Positions 1-12,600 of a stretch of DNA of 64,000 nt are shown one piece after another. Made by a program: the position numbers and the translations under genes. Numbering within the stretch: position 1 is the stretch's first letter; every line of letters begins with the position of its first letter. Origin of the DNA: Octopus sinensis (Eukaryota); contig NC_043004.1 in NCBI RefSeq assembly GCF_006345805.1, positions 5,394,001-5,458,000 on the forward strand. The letters run 5' to 3'. The notes beneath the pieces were generated by a model, which was given only the letters and a program-made list of their open reading frames with translations, had not been told where the DNA came from and made no database searches.

Positions 1-539
1 GGCTTGCAAAGAATAAGTCCTGGGGTCGATTTGCTTGACTAAAGGCGGTGCTCCAGCATGGCCACAGTCAAATAACTGAAACAAGTAAAAGAGAGACATC
101 TATAAAGTAAATAGATGTCATCGTTTTTGAGAGAAATTTATTTCTAGAAGCAAAATAATATCCTTTGATGCATTTAAATCTGTCACCAAGTATTTAGTAA
201 ACATACCTTGTGCAGTTTTTCATGATTTAACCTGCCTAGGCATTGTGCTAAAGAGTAGTGTCCACATAATTAAAAAGGTATAATGTGGGGGTGTCTATAC
301 ATATGTTTCTCTATATTTTTTGCATTGTTTTTCTCTATTACTAAACCTTATATGAACTCCTTCATTTTCTCAACATTTCTAATCAAGAAACTATTCTATT
401 CATTGTTTAATTACTTAGCATTTAGACTAGCCATATCAAATATTCTCTCTGCTTTATGTTCAAACCAGCTAGATCTGACCTTTCACATCTAACCTACAAT
501 GTCATTCGAATAATAAAGAATTACATCATTGAAATCTTG

Positions 540-1010
540 ACTCTACAAGATCACTCAGGATTAACTGAAAATGATGTGAATTAATAAGCGTTACATTTGA
601 TGGGATAATCAGAATACTAACTCTGAACAATAACTCTGAGCACCTTTTCAAACTCCACCTGTCTAACACCCGTGGACATGTTTTCAAAGTCAGAAAACAG
701 CACAGCTCCCATGACTTTCGGAAACATTTTTTCACGCTAAGAGTTGCTGAAGCATGGAACAGACTACCAGCATCAGTTGTTAGTTGTCGGAGCACTGCAT
801 CCTTCAAAACTTCCATGCTTCCTGAGATTCGCCAACACTACACCTGATTTTCTCCCTTCCATACACATGCAAGCATGTATCTGACTCATACACTGTTCAC
901 TTTCCAGACATTTGTACATTACTGCATATGCTTTATATGCAGTTTTTGACAAGTTGTGGTGCACCTGAGCACTGTATACAATAATTTCATTATTATTATT
1001 TAAAAGATTA
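540..1010 (-). mobile_element. CR1/L2-group LINE 3' fragment
   Basis: Degenerate RT C-terminus ([33 protein letters not shown]) plus a 3' UTR shared with the copies at 16.6 kb and 61.2 kb. Confidence 0.8.
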
Positions 1011-1045
1011 ATTAAACTGGATATTGTTTGGTTTCTGTTCTTCAG

Positions 1046-3905
1046 CTGCTCCCTTTCTAAAATTAGACTAATGTCTTGCACTCTTGATGAACTTGAGAAA
1101 ATTCCTCCATATTCCGAAGGGAAAATGACTGTGGAATATTATCATAAAATTGCAAGTTATCTCTCAAAGGTATGTAAAATATTTTATTGAATTAATCCAG
1201 TTTGGTTATTCATTGGTAGATATATAAAAGAAAAAAAATCAGTGTGTTTATTGGTGTATTTTGTCTAATGTGCTAATGGTTTTGCCAGCTCATCACCTTA
1301 CCTTGTACCTATACTAGAAACAGTAGTAGTAGTAGTAGTAGAAGCAGCAGTATTTGCTGCTATTGTTATTGTTGTTGTTGTTAGAAGAAGTAGCAGTAGT
1401 AGGGCAGAAAGCTAGCAGAACTGTTAGCATGCCAAACAAAATGCTAAGTGATATTTTTTCCAGGCATTACATTTTGAGTCCAAATTGCACCAAGGTCAAC
1501 TTTGCCTTTCATCCTTTCAGTTCCAATAAGTACCAGTCAAATACCCCCACCCCTACCCCCAAATTTCAGGCCTTATACTCTCTTTACTCTCTCTTTTTAC
1601 TTGTTTCAGTCATGTGACTGTGGCCATGATGGAGCACCGCCTTTAGTTGACTCATAAGGCTTTGGTTGGCCCAAGGCTATAGTAGAAAACACTTGCCCAA
1701 GGTGCCATGCAGTGGGACTGAACCCAGAACCATGTGGTTGATAAGCAAGCTACTTACCACACAGCCACTCCTGCACCTACAGTAGAAAGGATTATTGTTG
1801 TTGTTATTATCGTATCTTTTCCTGAGTTATCTATGTCATGTCTCAGAACCATCCAGCAGCTTAGAGAGATGCAACACTTTTCTCAACACATGAGCTGTTC
1901 CAAGTATTGTTGTCGATTGAGTACTTCTTATGAAGTTTGGCATTTGCAGCTTTTGATGCCAGAATATTGCTTTCTTTGAGTTGGCCCCAAGTGCAGCAAT
2001 CACAATAAGTGCTACACTCACTTTTGAGGATCTATGGATGCATTTCACTTCCAATGCTAGGTCTTGGTATTTCTCGACTTTCTTGTCCTCTGTCTTCACA
2101 ATATTCTGGTCTGTCACAATTGTTATTGAGTGAGAGAGCAGCACACCATCAAAGTGATGTGGGGGTACAAATATACAGAACCCAATATACCCATTGTGAC
2201 TGGTGTACAAATGCACAAAGCCCAATTTACCCATCATGACTACCTTGTCTGATAAGAGTACACCAGGCACATGCATCACAACCATACGTGCATGACATGG
2301 TGACCTCATATCAAAATAAATCTTCATGAACTTGCAGGTGGGGTCCAGTTAGAATTTTCTTTGGGTCAAGTAGCCCATCCTGCTCAAAAGGTTGCTGAAT
2401 AAGAGTTGTTTAAGGATGATGAAGAAAACACCCATGTTTCTAGAGGTAAATTATTCAAACCCCAAAGAATTCCTCTCAATACATGGCTATGATGCTTCTC
2501 CACTACTCCTTCTCATGAGCAGAGATGCACATATCGTCAGCCACCAAGGAACATGCTCAGCTGGTTAAAGTCAAACAACTGACGAGTAAATCTGTGATAT
2601 TGAGCAGCATATCTGCTGTAACCCATCTTTTACACTAAGACAAAACATGTACATGATAACACTTCCAATCAGTTAAGATCAAAAGCCATGAGAGTCACTG
2701 ACTGGTATTGTATGAGAACAACTTGTTATTATTAAGGCGGCGAGCTGGCAGAATCGTTAGCACGCCGGGTGAAATGCTTAGCGGTATTTCGTCTGCCATT
2801 ACATTCTGAGTTCAAATTCCGCCGAGGTCAACTTTTCCTTTCATCCTTTCGGGGTCGATTAAATAAGTACCAGTTACGCACTGGGGTCGATATAATCGAC
2901 TTAATCCATTTGTCTGTCCTTGTTTGTCCCCTCTGTGTGTAGCCCCTTGTGGGTAGTAAAGAAATAGGTATTTTGTCCGTCGCTGCATTCTGAGTTCAAA
3001 TTCTGCCGAGGTTGACTTTGCTTTTCATCCTTTCAGGGTCGATAAATTAAGTACTAGTTACACATTGGGGTCGATGTAATCGACTTAATTGTTTGTCTGT
3101 CCTTGTTTGTCTCCTCTATTTTTAGCCCCTTGTGGGCAATAAAGAAATAAGAATGGTTAGCATGCCAGGCAAAATGCTTAGCAGCATTTTGTCTTGTCTT
3201 AATGTTCTGAGTTCAAATTCCACCAAAGTCGACTTTGCTTTTCATCTTTTCAGGTTTGATAAATTAAGTACCAGTGAAACACTGGGGTTGATGTAATCGA
3301 CTAGTCCCCTTCCCCAGAATCTCATGCCATGTGCCTTTAGTAGAAATTATTATTAAGGTGGTGAGCTGGCAGAATCATTAGCATGATGGACGAAAAACTT
3401 AGCAGTATTTTGCCCCTTGCTACATTCTGAGTTCAAATTCCGCCAAGGTCAACTTTGCCTTTCATCCTTTCAGGGTCAATAAATTAAGTACCAGTTGAGT
3501 ACTGGGGTTGATGTAATTGACTGTCTCCCTCCCCCAAATTTCAGGCCTTTACCTATCGTAGAAAGGATTATTTGTAGTAGTAGTAGTATAAGCAATGCTA
3601 TAATTTCCTAAATGTGTTAATCATTTGTCTGTACATAGGTTATTATCTGATATTCTGTCCAAAAAAAAAAAAAAGTGTGTTCAATTTGACTCTTCTCTTC
3701 TTCATTTAGGCTTTTGACACAAAATTCCACCCCATTGGAAAGCTCATAGATGGGTTGGTGGAAGTATTCAGGGCTGCCTACATTGGTATTGGAGCCCATC
3801 CCAGACTGTTGCTGCATGCTGTTCAAGAAATCAAATCTTACGTTAAGAAAGTCTACAGGGTTATCAGGTAAGCAATGTCTGATATTAGTACTACTGCTCA
3901 GTACA

Positions 3906-3973
<68 letters not shown>

Positions 3974-5387
3974 TGTGTGTGTGATTGAGAGAGAGAGAGA
4001 GAAAGATAGAAGTATATGTATGTGTGTATTGGTTTTTATGGATGGATGTGTGTTGACACTGATCATCACTAGTTTACTTCATGATAGAGATATCTTCTGT
4101 ATACATGTTTGAGAGAGAGAGAGATAGTGGGACATGCTAGAGTAGCTGTGTTTGTGTGTTAGCACTAATTGATAGCTTTGTGTATAAGCTGCATATGCAT
4201 GTAATGTGTGTGTGTGTGTGTGTGTAGGAGATCAACAATGGCTACAATGTGGATTTTGTGAGAAAAACATGTGAGGTTTCAAAAACTGCTAACAGGAAAG
4301 ATTAATTTCATTTATTTCAATTTATTTACCCTTTGCTTATTGCAAGACTAAATCATCTTAAAATATCTGAAACTTGTTGCATGTTTTGATAAAAAGGTAA
4401 ATATTTTCCTAATTCTAAAGCATTTTCTCCTTTTGTTTTTTGAAAGTACACTCAAAATAGATCGTGTTTTCAGGAAGTGATATAAGAAGAAAAACATAAG
4501 CAAGGATAGAAAATAGTGTCCAGAAGAAATTGTGAGAAGAACTTCCTAGCAAGAAGCAAGCATTGTGGGAATCAAAATGATGATTAAATTAAATGGAGAA
4601 GCTATTGATGAACTCTCTAAACTATCACTTGGCCTACTAGAAACATTTGCGGTCAAATCTCCCTTAAATCACTGAAAAAATGTCACATTGGATAATGTAG
4701 TCCAAGATATACAAAAGCTGAAACAAAAAAAAAATGAAACAATCTGGGGCTGAACGTCATCTGCTAGACTCTAATTAGAGTAGAAGATGGGTGGCAAGCT
4801 GTCAGAATCGTTAGCACACTGTGCAAAATGCTTAGAGGTATTTCGTCTGCTGTTGTGTTCTGAGTTCATATTCCACCGAGGTTGATTGTGCCTTTCATCC
4901 TTTTAGGGTCAATTAAATAAGTACAGTTACGCACTGGGGTTGATGTAAATGACTTAATCCCTTTGTCTGTCCTTCTAAATGACTCAATCCCTTTGTTTGT
5001 CCCCTCTATGTTTAGCCCCCTGTGGGTAATAAAGAAATTTTTAAAAAATCAGAGCAGAAGACATTACAAGTTGTATGTCCTCTCTCATGGCACTGTAATA
5101 ATTATTTCAAATTTTGGCACGAGGTCAGCAATTTTAAGCGAATTTGAATACATTGACCCCAGTGTTTGACTGGTATTTCTTTTATCAACCCCCGAAAGGA
5201 TAAAAGGCAAAGTTGACTTTGGCAGGATTTGAACTCAGAACCTAAAGCTAGAAGAAATACTTCATAGCATTTTGTTTGATGTATGTGCTGTGTACATGGT
5301 AGAACACCTGACTGGATATCTCACTAGCTTTAGTCTTTTAAAAAGCTTTCAAATGAAAGCAAGCTACAATTTTTAGAATTTTATTAT

Positions 5388-5419
<32 letters not shown>

Positions 5420-8400
5420 TTAGCGTCTGCTTTCCATGCTGACATAGGTTAGTTAGTTTGACTGAAGACTGGTATACTGTAGGGCTACACCATGTTCCAA
5501 TCTGATTTGGCATGGTTTCCATGGCTGGATGCCCTTCCTGACACCAAACTTCTATAAGAGTGTAATGGGTGCTTTTTATGTGGCACTGTCACAGGTGCCA
5601 TTGACGTGACACCAGCATTGGCCATGTCTATGATTTCACTTGGCAAGTCATACAGTATTTCACTCTGCAGTTCTTTCCTTTAATTTTCAACACTCTTCGA
5701 TGTTTCCCTTCCTCCATGCCAATTTTTCTCTTTCTTTTTGTCTAATTTCTATCTCTCTACCTATCAATTATATTCTGTAGGATTTTATTTCCTGATCTGC
5801 CCTCCTCTTCAAAACCAGTAAGAATCTACAGCTGCAACAGAGTCCCACCTGCTGAGGATAGTGAACTAAAAAGTGAACAAGACTTTATGGTTAGTGACAA
5901 TCCAGATGAGAGGTTAGTTGTAGCAATATTTCACAACTTATTTATTTCTGCAACACTTAAAAAATGCCATTAAATCTTTATATATTGAATGGCTCTCTCG
6001 TTGAACTTCTCAGTTATTCAGTTACCACAACAACCTGATTACTCTTTTACTTGTTTCAGTCATTTGACTGCGGCCGTGCTGGAACACCGCCTTTATTTGA
6101 TCAAATCAACCCCAGGACTCATTCTTTGCAAGCCTAGTACTTATTCTATCAGTCTCTTTTGCTGAACTGCTAAGTTACAGGGACATAAACACACCACCAT
6201 TGGTTGTCACGCAATGTTGTGGGGACAAACACAGACACACAAACATATACACACACACACACATATATATAAACATATATATGATGGGCTTCTTTCAGTT
6301 TCCATCTGCCAAATCCACACACAAGGATTTGGTCGGCCCAAGGCTATAATAGAAGACACTTACCCAAGGTGCCACACAGTGAGGCTGAACCCGGAACCAT
6401 GTTGTTGGTAAGCAAGCTACTTACCATACAGCCACTCCTGCGCCTGTTTGAATTATAGTGAAGTACCATATCTGAAGGCATATAAGGCATGTTTTCCCCC
6501 AAAAATGCCTAAAAAAAATCAGTTTGCATTTCATCAGTATCAAAACTAGTAAAAAAATATAAAAGAAAATATAATGGAATATATTCTATCCTCCACTTGG
6601 CTGCTAACTTTATTTAGATGTACATCAAGGGACCTGGTAATTGTATGAGACTTCAGGCTATGTCTAATTACTTGCAGAGACTCACTTGAGGGAACCAATC
6701 TTCATTAAAATAAACTCCAAATATTATTCAATGTGTTATCTAATTTCTTGCTCCTTACTTCATCATCATCATTCTCATTTATTGAACTTTGATATTGATT
6801 TCAGTGAAGTTGTTACGCCAGCTCGTCTTCTACATCCTCTGTTGCTTCCCAAAATATACCCACCACTTTTTGATCTGTATGCTCTCTACAATGACAAGGA
6901 AGATGAAAAATATTGGGAGCGCGTTTGGAAATTGAATCGCCAAGGAGATATGGCACTGATGGCTTATCTCGGCATTGACCAGTAAGTAAATCACACATAA
7001 ATACATACAGTTTAGACAGTGTCTCAGTTTTTATTTTTTCAATGTTTTCTCAATTTCCTGTGAACAATTAAAATGATCGAATAAAAGTTGAATTATGCAG
7101 TAGAAGCAAATCTAGAATAAAATCTTCATTTATATAACATGTTTAATGTATGTGCGTTGTTGAAAAGCAAGAAGCTGCAGTTTTATGAAAAAAATCCCTT
7201 TATAGACATACTGTATAAAAAAAAAACACAATATGCTTCAGAGCTAGGCAAAACGAAAAATCACCCTTTAAGTGATTACAAGAGCTTCTTCTCTTCTTCT
7301 TAATCCTTTTTGTTCCCTGTGGAGCATAGGGCCTCAACAGTTGCTTTCCACTTTTTGTGGTCATTGGCGTGTTTCTTGGCTACTTCCCATGTCAGGCCGG
7401 TGGTCCTGAGTTTGTCCAAAATGCTCCGCTTCCATGTCTGCTTCGGGCCTCCTCGCTTCCTTTTCCCCTGCAGGTTCCAGTCAAGTGCTTGTCGTGTCAC
7501 ATTTGAGGGTTCTTTTCGCAGTGTGTCCCCGATCCATCTCCATTTCCTTGTCTAATCTGAACATGTATGGGCTCCTGGTTGGCCCTTTCCCACAGTTTGG
7601 TGTTTGGCACTCTGTCAAACCACTTCAGATGGAGGATCTGCTGGAGACATTTGTTGATGAAGGTCTGGATCTTCTTGTAGTTGCTGCAGGTGGCTCTCCA
7701 TGTTTCAGAGCCATACAAAAGCACAGATTTTACGTTTGAACTAAATAAGCAGAGTTTGATTACAAGAGCTACAGATATGTATTTCTTCATTGTTGCAGCT
7801 TGTCAATGTCGCATCTTTGTGTCACTTCTGAAACAAGATCAAATCTGCTAGTCTCAAGTATACAGATAGAAATTTGACATGTATTGTGGAACAGTTATGA
7901 TGTTGGTGAAAAGTGTTATGATAGCGAAGATGTTACGATGTTGCTGTTTAGTTTCAAGGCAGAAATTTTGAAGAAAGGTGGTTAACCAATACCATTGACC
8001 CTAGAGAGATGAAAGGCAAAGCTGATCCTAGCAGGATTTGAACTCAGAGTGTAAAAAGTTGAAGCTAATACTATAAAGCATTTTCCAAGGCTATAATAAG
8101 CCTGCCAGCTCATCACCTTAATAATACTTGTTTCAAATTTTTACACAAGGCTAGCAATTTTTGGAGAGGGGTTAGTTAATTATATTGCCCCCAGTGTGCA
8201 ACTGGTACTTACAATACATTAATTAAATAGATGTTAGAATTACTTTTGATATTTAATTCAGTTTGTTTTTCCTATTTCTTACTTTTTACTCCATAAAGGG
8301 AATTATAATCCTTTTCATTTTACTTCTTCTTCCAGGAAGTTTTGGTTAATTGAAGATAAAATCTTTCAAGGTAACAGACAGGTAAGATTATAACATAATT

Positions 8401-9569
8401 TCTTTCATATTTCTTTCTTTTTGCACACCAGACTTTTTGGCTGACTTTTTGGAAAGGTGGTGGGGGTGCCGTGCCCATGACCTTTGCAGATAGGGGAGAG
8501 GTTGATGTGGTTGATGGTTACTCTGAACCTCTGTACATGTAGGGGAACTGTTGGGGAAACATTGAGGAAATGTTGAGAAAGTGTTGGTGAAAATATGAGC
8601 ATGGCAGGGAAGAGATCAAAAGAGTTGCAGATCTAAAGAAAAAGAATTAGATGAAATGTAAAATGGTTTGTTTGGAGTCTGGTGAATGAAAGATAGTAAA
8701 AAAGGTTGAGATGTTACAAGCAAAACAACAAAACAAAAGCAAAGCAAAAAAAAAAACTAGTAAAGCATTAACTCCATGAAGACATTGTTAACCCCAGTTG
8801 AACTTCATTAACACCACACCAATAACCATGTAAAATAAGAGAGGTATTTCTGTCGCACACTGTACTACTTAAGAGGAGGCACAGTTCCACAGACCTGTAC
8901 ATAGTCTCCATCTCTTTAATTTCAGTCACATGGCTTGGGTTGACTTATGACTGTGGTGGATGGAACTAACTTGTCTAAGGTGACACACAGTAGGGTCAAA
9001 CTCAGGATCATATGACCGTGAAGTGAACTGTTTAACCACAAGGCCTTGCCTTCAGTCTGCTTTTTCAGGTCTCAGATGATTTCAGTGATAACCTAAATAT
9101 TCCTCAGTTTGTATTTGGTCAGCTTTGTTGTCTATGGATTATTATTTGTATGGCTTATCTGTTGCAGAAACTGTCTGAGATCCGAGATCAGTGTTATGCT
9201 GCTGCTGTTGATATGCTGCAGCAAATAAGGTAGGTGCATTTGCTTTCATTCAAAATCCTTTTTATTTCTTTTCTTTTCTTTTCCTTATTTCGCCTTTCTC
9301 CCCCCACATACAAACGACATTCATTCTCCCAATGATATGTATGTGTATATATAGAGGCAGTGAACTGGTAGAATCATTAACATGCCAGGTAAAATGCGTA
9401 GCAGTATTTTGTTCATCTTTATGTTCTAAGTTCAAATCTGTCGAGGTCGACTTTGCCTTTCATCCTTTCAAGGTTGATGCAATAAGTACCAGTTGAGTAC
9501 TGTGGGTTGATGTAATCGACTTACCCCCTCTCCTGTAATTGCTGGCTCTGTGCCAAAATTTGAAATCTA

Positions 9570-9634
<65 letters not shown>

Positions 9635-12600
9635 GAGAGACGACTATATATATATATATGTGCAAGAGAGACGACTGCGCTGGTATGGCCATGTGGTGAG
9701 AATGGATGTGGATAGCTGTGTGAAGAAGTGCTACACCCTAGCGGTTGAGGGAACCTGTGGATGAGGTAGACTCAGGAAGACCTGGGATGAGGTGGTGAAG
9801 CATGATCTTCGAACATTGGGCCTCACCAAAGCAATGACTAGTGACCAGGACCTTTGGAAATATGCTGTGTTTGAGAAGACTTGGCAAGCTCAAATGAGAC
9901 CATAACCTTGTGGCCTATTCTAGGGGTGTAACCAGCCCACTTATACGTACCTTTCCTTCTTTGGACACTAAACTCTGCTTGTGAAGACCTGTTGAGGCAA
10001 GTGAAATCGAAATCAAAATCAAATTCAATGACTGGCATCTGTGCTAGTGGAGCGCTAAGAGTACCATACGAGCGTGATTGTTGCCAGAGCAACAAGCTGG
10101 ACTCCGTGCTGGTGGCACGTAAAAGGCACCATTTGAGCGTGATCATTACCTGTGTCGCCTTACTGGCACTTGTGCTGGTGACATGTGAAAAAACATTCGA
10201 ATGAGGTCGTTGCCAGTGCCGCTGGACTGGCTCCTGTGCAGGTGGCACATAAAAAGCACCATTTGAGCATGGCTGCTGCCAGTACCACCAAACTGGCCCT
10301 TGTGCCAGTGGCACGTAAAAGCACCCACTACACTCTCAGAGTGGTTGGCGTTAAGAAGGGCATCAAGCTGTAGAAACTCTGCCAGATCAGATTGGAGTCT
10401 GGTACAGTCATCTGATTCGCCAGACCTCAATCAAATTGTCCAACCTATGCTAGCAGGGAAAGCAGATGTTAAATGATGATGATATATATATATATATATA
10501 TGTATGAAGGTTACAATGGACACAGGTTTGTGTGTCACATAGATTGCTATGTTCAGAGTTTCACATAGATTTATTAGAATCCAGCTTGCTTCTTTCTTGT
10601 ATTAGTTGTCAAGTAACTACTATACTGAGTAGTATTACAAGTTATGAACCATAGAGCAAATGTAAGAGAAATAAGGATAAACATGAGTTTATACTATGAT
10701 TCCTACACATATTCACCATTATGATTGTCTAAATTCCAGTGCATGTGCACATACGCGCATATGTGTACATACATACGTATATGGTAATTAAATGAAAAGC
10801 TTCAAAAAACAGGCATCTCTTTGCTTCTGTTAATCATTACAATATATTCTATATCTTACAGCACTGCATTCAGTCCATGTGAAAAGCTGGCCGTGATACA
10901 AAGAACTTTCTTGGAAATTACAAAGGTAAGTTGGAACTAATCTTCTTCAGATTATCCTAAACCAGCTATAGGTAAACTGTGGCCTGCAGGTCACATGCAG
11001 CCTTTGGGACTTTCTGAATGTCACATCTAACAAAAAAATTACCTTGTTTTTTTTGTGTATTTTAGTGGTGCAGCTCGCCTGATGATGAGCCATGTCTCAT
11101 GCTGCCTGCTTCTCAAAAACAAGTCACCTATGCCTGTCCTAAGCCAACTTTACTAAACGATTTAATCTGTTGTCCTCTAATGTTATTCTTTTCCGCTGAG
11201 GCTGTTGCTCAACATAATACTATTTGCAGGTTCCCTCTGGCTCAATATCAAAATCACACCATGTTGTTGTCTCCCTTCAATGATTGTCTCTCCCCATCTT
11301 ATCATTTTGTTTTTTACTGTAACTGTTTTAATGTTAAACTGTCTACCTTCTCTTGCTCTTGATGGCAGGTATATCCTGTTTTGGTAAGTACCACTGCTTG
11401 ATTCAGCAACACTGAAACTATTTTGAACACTGGTTCTATTTGGTATATTGGCCTATTATTATTTCTTTAGTAATTAGCAGTTGTCATTATCTTTAGAAAT
11501 AATCTTTAGTTAAACTATCGCTCGTGGTTATAAGGTGAACTGAGTCTCCGGTGTATTCATCCTTTACTATCTCATTATCGACTGTCAGCAGCCTTTACTT
11601 TTAGCTAAACTAGTCTAAAATATCACTAGCAGTTTATAAGTTAAAATAACTTTTGATCTCTTCTGTTGCAAGTCTTACACTGTCTCTGGGCAGAACACTG
11701 TATTCTGCATACCTTAGTTCTTAAAATTTTCAGAAAGTATGTACAGGATCTGGGAATGTTATGTATTGTACACTACTATCCTATCCAAAGAGAGCATTTA
11801 GCTTGCAACCACATAATATTACTAACACTACCAAGTTTGGAGCTAAGTACCAATTCTTTGAGCCCTTGTAACTTGTCAAGAGATTTCCTGTCATAAAGCA
11901 CTGTTACATATTTATTAATTATTTGCTAAGAAACATTGTGAAAATCTTTCATAATTCCATTTGCACCTAGGATGGTTTATATTGTGTGGTTCAATATTTA
12001 GTCTTTGTCTAACAGTTAGTCCCATGCAGCTGGCTTACACACCAAGCAGCAAGGCATGTCTCCAATCATCTCAGTTTTGAACATAGTCTCCTGCATCTTC
12101 CCAGACAATGCCAAGTTGCTTCAGATTTTCTTTGAAGGTGGTGCACCATATCTCCTTGAGTCTCCTTCTTGTGGCATTTATTGTATAAGATGACTTGGAC
12201 CTCCATTATTTTCTGAAAATCAGAAAACATGACCTGCAAGCCTCACTCTTCTTTTTGCCACAGTCTCCTTCAAGCTGCACAGATTGGTTCTTCTCAGGAC
12301 TTCAGAGTTTGTGATTCTGTCCTTGTAAGTGATCTTGAGTATTCTGCGTCAGTACCAATGATAGAATACATTAAATAACTGAGTGATCTTAGTAGTCATT
12401 TTCCAAGTTTCTCCTACACAGGTTTGCTGTTGGCAAGAGAACATACTCTACCCCTTTGGCATTCAGATTATGCTGCTAAATGTAATGTTTATTTTATTCA
12501 CATTGTTGGTGTTAGGAAGAGCATCCAGGCGTAAAAACCATGTAGCCTTGTGTAGTCTCCTGCCAGGCTGACTCCTGTCAAACCATCCAGTTCTTGCCAG

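Noticed and set aside
2579-2640. CTGACGAG as a hammerhead core
   Set aside because: No stem II followed by GAAA, and the homologous copy near 29044 reads ctgacagg.
11077-11105. CTGATGA plus tgag/ctca hairpin as a hammerhead
   Set aside because: Followed by TGC rather than GAAA, and opposite in strand to the putative Penelope relic.
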